Assembly (NCBI RefSeq): GCF_054482525.1
Contig: NZ_CM137006.1
Length of the DNA stretch: 64,000 nucleotides
Reading direction: 5' to 3' (one strand)
The notes under the pieces are model-generated. The model was not told the origin of the DNA, did not search any database, and saw only the letters and a program-made list of their open reading frames with translations. Made by a program: the position numbers and the translations under genes. Shown here in pieces: positions 56,080 through 64,000 of the stretch. The stretch's first letter is position 1; each line of letters begins with the position of its first letter.

Positions 56080-57663
56080 ATGAATTTAACCCTCAAAGAA
56101 TCGCTTGTTACCCGTAGCCGGGTATTTAGCCCGTGGACTGCGTTCTACTTTTTACAGTCGCTATTAATTAACCTCGGCTTAGGTTATCCCTTCAGTTTGC
56201 TCTACACCGCTGCGTTTACGGCTATTTTGCTTTTGCTATGGCGAACATTGCCTCGCGTACAAAAAGTTCTGGTCGGTGTCAGTTCGCTGGTGGCGGCTTG
56301 TTATTTCCCTTTTGCTCAGGCCTACGGCGCGCCTAATTTCAATACATTGCTGGCATTGCACTCCACCAATATGGAAGAGTCGACCGAAATCCTGACGATT
56401 TTTCCGTGGTACAGCTACCTGGTCGGCTTATTTATTTTTGCGCTCGGCGTAATAGCAATCAGGCGGAAAAAAGAGAGTGAAAAAGCGCGCTGGAATACCT
56501 TCGACAGCCTGTGTCTGGTATTCAGTGTGGCGACATTTTTTGTTGCTCCCATGCAAAACCTGGCCTGGGGCGGCGTATTTAAACTGAAAGATACTGGCTA
56601 TCCGGTATTTCGTTTTGCTAAGGATGTCATCGTCAATAATAACGAGGTGATCGAAGAGCAAGAACGGATGGCAAAACTTTCCGGAATGAAAGATACCTGG
56701 ACGGTCACTGCCGTTAAGCCGAAATATCAGACCTATGTGGTGGTGATCGGTGAAAGCGCGCGTCGCGATGCCCTCGGTGCCTTTGGCGGTCACTGGGACA
56801 ATACCCCGTTTGCCAGCAGTGTTAACGGTTTGATATTTGCTGACTACATTGCCGCCAGTGGCTCCACGCAGAAATCGCTTGGCTTAACGCTCAATCGCGT
56901 AGTCGATGGCAAACCACAGTTTCAGGATAACTTTGTCACCCTGGCAAATCGCGCGGGCTTCCAGACCTGGTGGTTTTCCAACCAGGGCCAAATCGGCGAA
57001 TATGATACCGCTATCGCCAGCATCGCCAAACGTGCAGATGAAGTGTATTTCCTGAAAGAAGGTAATTTTGAAGCAGATAAAAACACGAAAGACGAAGCGT
57101 TACTGGATATGACCGCTCAAGTGCTGGCGCAAGAGCACTCGCAACCGCAGCTGATTGTTTTACATCTGATGGGCTCACATCCGCAGGCCTGCGACCGGAC
57201 ACAAGGCAAATACGAAACCTTTGTGCAATCGAAAGAAACGTCGTGCTATCTCTATACCATGACGCAAACAGACGATTTACTGCGCAAGCTGTACGATCAG
57301 TTACGCAACAGCGGCAGCAGCTTCTCGCTGGTTTACTTTTCTGACCACGGTCTGGCCTTTAAAGAGCGTGACAAAGACGTGCAATACCTTGCCCATGATG
57401 ATAAGTATCAGCAAAATTTCCAGGTGCCTTTTATGGTCATTTCGAGCGACGATAAAGCGCATCGGGTGATTAAAGCCCGCCGCTCTGCCAATGACTTCTT
57501 AGGCTTTTTCTCGCAGTGGACGGGAATTAAAGCGAAGGAAATTAACATCAAATACCCGTTTATATCTGAGAAGAAAGCCGGGCCGATATACATCACCAAC
57601 TTCCAGTTACAGAAGGTGGATTACAACCATCTCGGAACCGATATTTTCGACCCGAAACCTTAA
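56080..57663 (+). CDS. opgE: Phosphoethanolamine transferase OpgE (YbiP)
   Basis: 527 aa; membrane N-terminus and sulfatase-like domain. Confidence 0.88.
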   Translation: MNLTLKESLVTRSRVFSPWTAFYFLQSLLINLGLGYPFSLLYTAAFTAILLLLWRTLPRVQKVLVGVSSLVAACYFPFAQAYGAPNFNTLLALHSTNMEESTEILTIFPWYSYLVGLFIFALGVIAIRRKKESEKARWNTFDSLCLVFSVATFFVAPMQNLAWGGVFKLKDTGYPVFRFAKDVIVNNNEVIEEQERMAKLSGMKDTWTVTAVKPKYQTYVVVIGESARRDALGAFGGHWDNTPFASSVNGLIFADYIAASGSTQKSLGLTLNRVVDGKPQFQDNFVTLANRAGFQTWWFSNQGQIGEYDTAIASIAKRADEVYFLKEGNFEADKNTKDEALLDMTAQVLAQEHSQPQLIVLHLMGSHPQACDRTQGKYETFVQSKETSCYLYTMTQTDDLLRKLYDQLRNSGSSFSLVYFSDHGLAFKERDKDVQYLAHDDKYQQNFQVPFMVISSDDKAHRVIKARRSANDFLGFFSQWTGIKAKEINIKYPFISEKKAGPIYITNFQLQKVDYNHLGTDIFDPKP

Positions 57664-57664
57664 A

Positions 57665-57698
57665 ACAAAAAATCCGCCCCGAGAGGCGGATTTTTTAT
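57665..57698. terminator. Bidirectional terminator between opgE and ompX
   Basis: A run, hairpin atccgccccgagaggcggat, T run. Confidence 0.75.
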
Positions 57699-57711
57699 AT
57701 CACCGAAGTGA

Positions 57712-58227
57712 TTAGAAGCGGTAACCAACACCGGCAATCCAGGTGCCTACGTCAACGCTACGAATACGGCTCTGCTCGTAAGAGAAGTCCAGAGCAACGT
57801 TTTCCATCGGGTTGAACTGCAGACCAGCACCGTAGGAGAAACCGTAGTCGCTGGTGTCGTGTTTGTAGGTCGGGTATTCAGTGGTCTGGAATTTACCATA
57901 ACCCACACCCACTACACCGTAGATGCTTGCCCAGTCGTTAATGCGGTAAGCCGGACCAGCAGTGATGCCGTAGTACTGGTTTTTGTTGTAGTCACCAGAG
58001 CTTGCAGTACGGCTTTTCTCGGTGTAAGTGAAAGAACCGATCACACCCAGCGGGCTGTTGTCTTCTTCATAGCGGTATTTCAGGTTGAAACCGCCCATTT
58101 TGTTCATTTGGCCCTGAGCGTCGCTCTGTGCGTAACCGCCAGTTACGGTAGAAGTTGCAGCTACGGAAGTACCTGCGGTGAAAGCCAGAACTGCGGCCAG
58201 TGCTGAAAGACATGCAATTTTTTTCAT
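57712..58227 (-). CDS. ompX: Outer membrane protein OmpX
   Basis: 171 aa from MKKIACLSALAAVLA; 8-strand beta-barrel with C-terminal ...GYRF. Confidence 0.92.
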   Translation of the reverse strand: MKKIACLSALAAVLAFTAGTSVAATSTVTGGYAQSDAQGQMNKMGGFNLKYRYEEDNSPLGVIGSFTYTEKSRTASSGDYNKNQYYGITAGPAYRINDWASIYGVVGVGYGKFQTTEYPTYKHDTSDYGFSYGAGLQFNPMENVALDFSYEQSRIRSVDVGTWIAGVGYRF

Positions 58228-58579
58228 AACCACCTCAAATGTGATTCAAATAAGTCCTAAGTTTTAAATATATCAAAAATTAATGGGAAACTCTTCGCGA
58301 TTTGTGATGTCTAACGGGCCATTTCATGTAACAGAACGTTTCCATACACCGCTATCCATCTAAATTTAAATCACTTTTTCAGAGAACTGCGTAAGTATTA
58401 CGCATGTTTTCCCTGTCATTCATCCAGATTATTCCTAATCACCAGACTAATGATTCCATCAATCCTGGCGCATTTTAGTCAAAACGGGGGAAAATTTTTT
58501 CAACAAATGCTCAACCAGCATTGGGTATATCCAGTACACTCCACGCTTTACTTAAGTCTAGATATTTGTGGGAGAAAGG

Positions 58580-59467
58580 ATGCCTGGTTCATTACGTAAA
58601 ATGCCGGTCTGGTTACCAATAGTCATATTGCTCGTTGCCATGGCGTCTATTCAGGGTGGAGCCTCGTTAGCTAAGTCACTTTTTCCTCTGGTGGGCGCAC
58701 CGGGTGTCACTGCGCTGCGTCTGGCATTAGGAACGCTGATCCTCATCGCGTTCTTTAAGCCATGGCGACTGCGCTTTGCCAAAGAGCAACGATTACCGCT
58801 GTTGTTTTACGGCGTTTCGCTGGGTGGGATGAATTATCTTTTTTATCTTTCTATTCAGACAGTACCGCTGGGTATTGCGGTGGCGCTGGAGTTCACCGGA
58901 CCACTGGCGGTGGCGCTGTTCTCTTCTCGTCGCCCGGTAGATTTCGTCTGGGTTGTTCTGGCGGTTCTTGGTCTGTGGTTCCTGCTACCGCTGGGGCAAG
59001 ACGTTTCCCATGTCGATTTAACCGGCTGTGCGCTGGCTCTGGGGGCCGGGGCTTGTTGGGCTATTTACATTTTAAGTGGGCAACGCGCAGGAGCGGAACA
59101 TGGCCCTGCGACGGTGGCAATTGGTTCGTTGATTGCAGCGTTAATTTTCGTGCCAATTGGAGCGCTTCAGGCTGGTGAAGCACTCTGGCACTGGTCGGTT
59201 ATTCCATTGGGTCTGGCGGTCGCTATTCTCTCGACCGCTCTGCCTTATTCGCTGGAAATGATTGCCCTCACCCGTTTGCCAACACGGACATTTGGTACGC
59301 TGATGAGCATGGAACCGGCGCTGGCTGCCGTTTCCGGGATGATTTTCCTCGGAGAAACACTGACACCCATACAGCTGCTGGCGCTCGGCGCAATTATCGC
59401 CGCTTCAATGGGTTCTACGCTGACAGTACGCAAAGAGAGCAAAATAAAAGAATTAGACATTAATTAA
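58580..59467 (+). CDS. rhtA: Threonine/homoserine exporter RhtA (DMT family)
   Basis: 295 aa from MPGSLRKMPVWLP. Confidence 0.9.
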   Translation: MPGSLRKMPVWLPIVILLVAMASIQGGASLAKSLFPLVGAPGVTALRLALGTLILIAFFKPWRLRFAKEQRLPLLFYGVSLGGMNYLFYLSIQTVPLGIAVALEFTGPLAVALFSSRRPVDFVWVVLAVLGLWFLLPLGQDVSHVDLTGCALALGAGACWAIYILSGQRAGAEHGPATVAIGSLIAALIFVPIGALQAGEALWHWSVIPLGLAVAILSTALPYSLEMIALTRLPTRTFGTLMSMEPALAAVSGMIFLGETLTPIQLLALGAIIAASMGSTLTVRKESKIKELDIN

Positions 59468-59475
59468 ATTTACAT

Positions 59476-59510
59476 TTCTGCATGGTTATGCATAACCATG
59501 CAGAATTTCT
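59476..59510 (+). terminator. Terminator downstream of rhtA
   Basis: Perfect palindrome ttctgcatggttatgcataaccatgcagaa followed by tttct. Confidence 0.65.
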
Positions 59511-59621
59511 CGCTACTTTTCCTCTACAGCATCTTTATATATCGAATTATGCAAAAGCATATTTATTCCGAAAATTCCTGGCGAGCCAATAAATAAGAAT
59601 TGTTCTTATCAATATACCTAA

Positions 59622-60269
<648 letters not shown>

Positions 60270-60496
60270 ATCCATCGCTGATGGTGGAGAACTTTAGTAC
60301 CCGATAAAAGCGGCTTCCTGACAGGAGGCCGTTTTGTTTTGCAGCCCACCTCAACGCACTTATTTAGTGCATCCTTCTGCTATCCCCAGCTGATTAAGTA
60401 AATTTTTTGTATCCACATCATCACACAATCGTTACATAAAGATTGTTTTTTCATCAGGTTTTACGCTAAATAATCACTGTGTTGAGTGCACAATTT

Positions 60497-60535
60497 TAGC
60501 GCACCAGTTTGGTGCCCCAGAATGGTGCATCTTCA
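60497..60535 (+). promoter_or_regulatory. Candidate NtrC-binding sites upstream of glnH
   Basis: gcaccagtttggtgcc and an adjacent tggtgca-like half-site resemble the NtrC consensus TGCACC-N5-GGTGCA. Confidence 0.5.
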
Positions 60536-60602
60536 GGGTATTGCCCTATAAATCGTGCATCACGTTTTTACCGCATCTCGATAAATCAATGAGTTGCAAA
60601 AC

Positions 60603-60618
60603 TGGCACGATTTTTTCA
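60603..60618 (+). promoter_or_regulatory. sigma54-type promoter (glnHp2-like)
   Basis: TGGCAC-N5-TTTCA about 55 nt upstream of the glnH ATG. Confidence 0.6.
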
Positions 60619-60657
60619 TATATGTGAATGTCACGCAGGGGATCGTCCCGTGGATAG

Positions 60658-61419
<762 letters not shown>

Positions 61420-61450
61420 TAACGCTACGCCTGTAAGGCGCACTGGCAGT

Positions 61451-61487
61451 TCCCTCTCCCCTCTGGGGAGAGGATTAGGGTGAGGGG
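61451..61487. repeat. Box C-like intergenic repeat, copy 2
   Basis: tccctctcccctctggggagaggattagggtgagggg; near-identical to 7999-8038, same orientation. Confidence 0.5.
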
Positions 61488-61557
61488 CGCAAACCCGCTC
61501 CGGGGCCATTAATTACCCTGAATTTGATTATTTACACCACGGTAACAGGAACAACAT

Positions 61558-62217
61558 ATGCAGTTTGACTGGAGTGCCATCTGGCCTGCCATTCCGCTTC
61601 TGATTGAAGGTGCCAAAATGACCCTGTGGATTTCAGTCCTCGGTCTGGCTGGCGGTCTGGTGATCGGATTGCTGGCAGGTTTTGCACGCACCTTCGGTGG
61701 TTGGATAGCCAACCACGTCGCGCTGGTCTTTATTGAAGTGATCCGCGGCACACCTATCGTCGTCCAGGTGATGTTTATCTACTTTGCCCTGCCGATGGCG
61801 TTTAACGACTTACGCATCGACCCGTTTACTGCGGCGGTGGTCACCATCATGATCAACTCCGGCGCGTACATTGCGGAAATCACGCGTGGTGCGGTGCTGT
61901 CTATTCACAAAGGTTTTCGTGAAGCAGGACTGGCGCTCGGTCTTTCACGTTGGGAAACCATTCGCTACGTCATTTTACCGCTGGCACTGCGTCGTATGCT
62001 GCCGCCGCTGGGTAACCAGTGGATCATCAGCATTAAAGACACCTCGCTGTTTATTGTTATCGGCGTGGCGGAACTGACCCGTCAGGGGCAAGAAATTATT
62101 GCCGGAAACTTCCGCGCCCTTGAGATCTGGAGCGCCGTGGCGGTGTTCTATCTGATTATTACCCTGGTGCTGAGCTTTATTCTGCGTCGTCTGGAAAGAA
62201 GGATGAAAATCCTGTGA
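61558..62217 (+). CDS. glnP: Glutamine ABC transporter permease GlnP
   Basis: 219 aa. Confidence 0.92.
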
Positions 62218-62936
62218 TTGAATTTAAAAACGTCTCCAAGCATTTTGGTCCAACCCAGGTGCTGCACAATATCGATTTGAACATTGCTCAGGGCGAAGTC
62301 GTGGTGATTATCGGGCCGTCCGGTTCCGGTAAATCGACCCTGCTGCGCTGCATCAACAAACTGGAAGAAATCACCTCCGGCGATCTGATTGTCGATGGCC
62401 TGAAGGTTAACGATCCGAAAGTTGACGAGCGCCTGATTCGCCAGGAAGCGGGTATGGTGTTCCAGCAGTTTTACCTCTTCCCGCATCTGACGGCGCTGGA
62501 AAACGTCATGTTTGGCCCGCTACGCGTGCGTGGCGCGAACAAAGAAGAGGCGGAAAAACTGGCGCGTGAGCTGCTGGCGAAAGTCGGCCTGGCAGAACGC
62601 GCTCACCACTACCCTTCCGAGCTTTCTGGTGGTCAACAGCAGCGTGTGGCGATCGCACGCGCGCTGGCGGTGAAGCCGAAAATGATGCTGTTTGATGAAC
62701 CGACTTCCGCTCTTGACCCGGAACTGCGCCATGAAGTGCTGAAGGTTATGCAGGATCTGGCTGAAGAAGGGATGACGATGGTGATCGTGACACACGAAAT
62801 CGGTTTTGCCGAGAAAGTAGCTTCGCGCCTGATCTTTATCGACAAAGGCCGGATTGCGGAAGATGGCGATCCGCAGGTGTTGATCAAGAACCCACCGAGC
62901 CAGCGCTTGCAGGAATTTTTGCAGCACGTCTCTTAA
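62214..62936 (+). CDS. glnQ: Glutamine ABC transporter ATP-binding protein GlnQ
   Basis: 240 aa; GTG start overlapping the glnP stop; Walker [10 protein letters not shown]. Confidence 0.92.
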
Positions 62937-63052
62937 TTTCTCAGCCTCCCTTTCCCCCGAAAGGGAGGCACACCAGATTCCTCTCATTTAAAATCGCCCC
63001 TCCCCCAGCATCTATACTTATCTTTTTGCTCTGTTTTCTCACTGGAGGAGTC

Positions 63053-64000
63053 ATGCGGTGGATCCTGTTCATCCTCTTCTGCCTGCTGGGCGCACCTGCC
63101 CACGCGGTATCCATACCCGGCGTTACAACCACAACGACAACGGACTCAACGACTGAACCGGCCCCGGAACCGGATATCGAACAAAAAAAAGCGGCCTATG
63201 GCGCACTGGCAGATGTGCTGGATAATGACACCTCGCGTAAAGAGTTGATCGACCAGTTGCGCACCGTCGCCGCGACGCCCCCTGCGGAACCCGTACCGAA
63301 GATCGTGCCGCCGACGCTGGTTGAAGAGCAAACCGTGCTGCAAAAAGTCACCGAAGTCAGCCGCCATTATGGTGAAGCCCTTTCCGCCCGCTTCGGACAA
63401 CTTTATCGCAATATCACCGGCTCCCCGCATAAGCCGTTTAATCCACAAACCTTCAGCAATGCGTTGACCCATTTTTCAATGTTAGCGGTATTAGTGTTTG
63501 GTTTTTACTGGCTGATTCGCCTGTGCGCACTTCCGCTGTATCGCAAAATGGGCCAGTGGGCGCGGCAAAAAAATCGTGAGCGCAGTAACTGGTTGCAGCT
63601 TCCGGCGATGATTATCGGGGCGTTTATTATCGACCTGCTGTTACTGGCACTGACATTATTTGTCGGTCAGGTTTTAAGCGACAACCTGAATGCGGGCAGT
63701 CGCACCATCGCTTTCCAACAAAGTTTGTTTCTCAACGCTTTTGCCCTGATTGAATTTTTCAAAGCTGTACTACGCCTGATTTTTTGCCCAAACGTGGCAG
63801 AACTGCGCCCGTTCACGATTCATGACGAGACCGCCCGTTACTGGAGTCGTCGCCTGAGCTGGTTAAGCAGCCTGATTGGCTATGGCCTGATTGTGGCCGT
63901 GCCGATTATCTCTAATCAGGTGAATGTACAGATAGGTGCGCTGGCGAACGTCATCATTATGCTGTGCATGACGGTCTGGGCGTTGTACCTGATCTTTCGT
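63053..64000 (+). CDS. ybiO: Mechanosensitive channel YbiO (MscS family), N-terminal part; continues beyond window
   Basis: MRWILFILFCLLGAPAHA signal-like N-terminus, Thr-rich linker, then TM helices; open to the window end. Confidence 0.8.
   Translation, partial: MRWILFILFCLLGAPAHAVSIPGVTTTTTTDSTTEPAPEPDIEQKKAAYGALADVLDNDTSRKELIDQLRTVAATPPAEPVPKIVPPTLVEEQTVLQKVTEVSRHYGEALSARFGQLYRNITGSPHKPFNPQTFSNALTHFSMLAVLVFGFYWLIRLCALPLYRKMGQWARQKNRERSNWLQLPAMIIGAFIIDLLLLALTLFVGQVLSDNLNAGSRTIAFQQSLFLNAFALIEFFKAVLRLIFCPNVAELRPFTIHDETARYWSRRLSWLSSLIGYGLIVAVPIISNQVNVQIGALANVIIMLCMTVWALYLIFR

Noticed and set aside
62943-62968. Hairpin gcctccctttcccccgaaagggaggc after glnQ as a third Box C copy or a terminator
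   Set aside because: It lacks the ttagggtgagggg tail of the other two repeats and has no downstream T run; I left it unannotated.

Overview
This window is a reverse-complemented stretch of Escherichia coli/Shigella core chromosome corresponding to the K-12 artP–ybiO region (K-12 b0864 down to b0808, recalled from memory, not searched). Gene order and protein lengths match K-12 almost throughout: artPIQM, artJ, rlmC, ybjO, potFGHI, ybjN, rimK, nfsA, ybjC, grxA, ybjM, ybjL, the sRNA rybB, rcdA, ybjJ, ybjI, ybjH, mdfA, ybjG, deoR, dacC, gstB, yliI, bssR, rimO, dgcI, pdeI, gsiABCD, iaaA, moeAB, fsaA, ybiY, ybiW, ybiV, ybiU, ybiT, ldtB, ybiR, mntR, mntS, opgE, ompX, rhtA, dps, glnHPQ and the start of ybiO. 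Three things depart from the K-12 layout. (1) A roughly 5.2 kb three-gene accessory locus sits between the convergent genes ybiU and ybiT: a LacI-family regulator, an ExuT-like anion:cation-symporter MFS transporter and a GH31 glycoside hydrolase. This is the most interesting candidate in the window, a putative utilisation system for an unknown, possibly acidic, alpha-glycoside. (2) An IS200 element with an intact 152-aa TnpA is inserted between deoR and dacC. (3) pdeI (yliE) carries an in-frame TGA that truncates the EAL domain. Smaller features include REP and Box C-like repeats, a sigma54/NtrC-type glnH promoter, a candidate MntR operator and several intrinsic terminators. No tRNA, rRNA, CRISPR array or prophage was seen. 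All homology and K-12 comparisons are from reading the translations and from memory; no database search was run.
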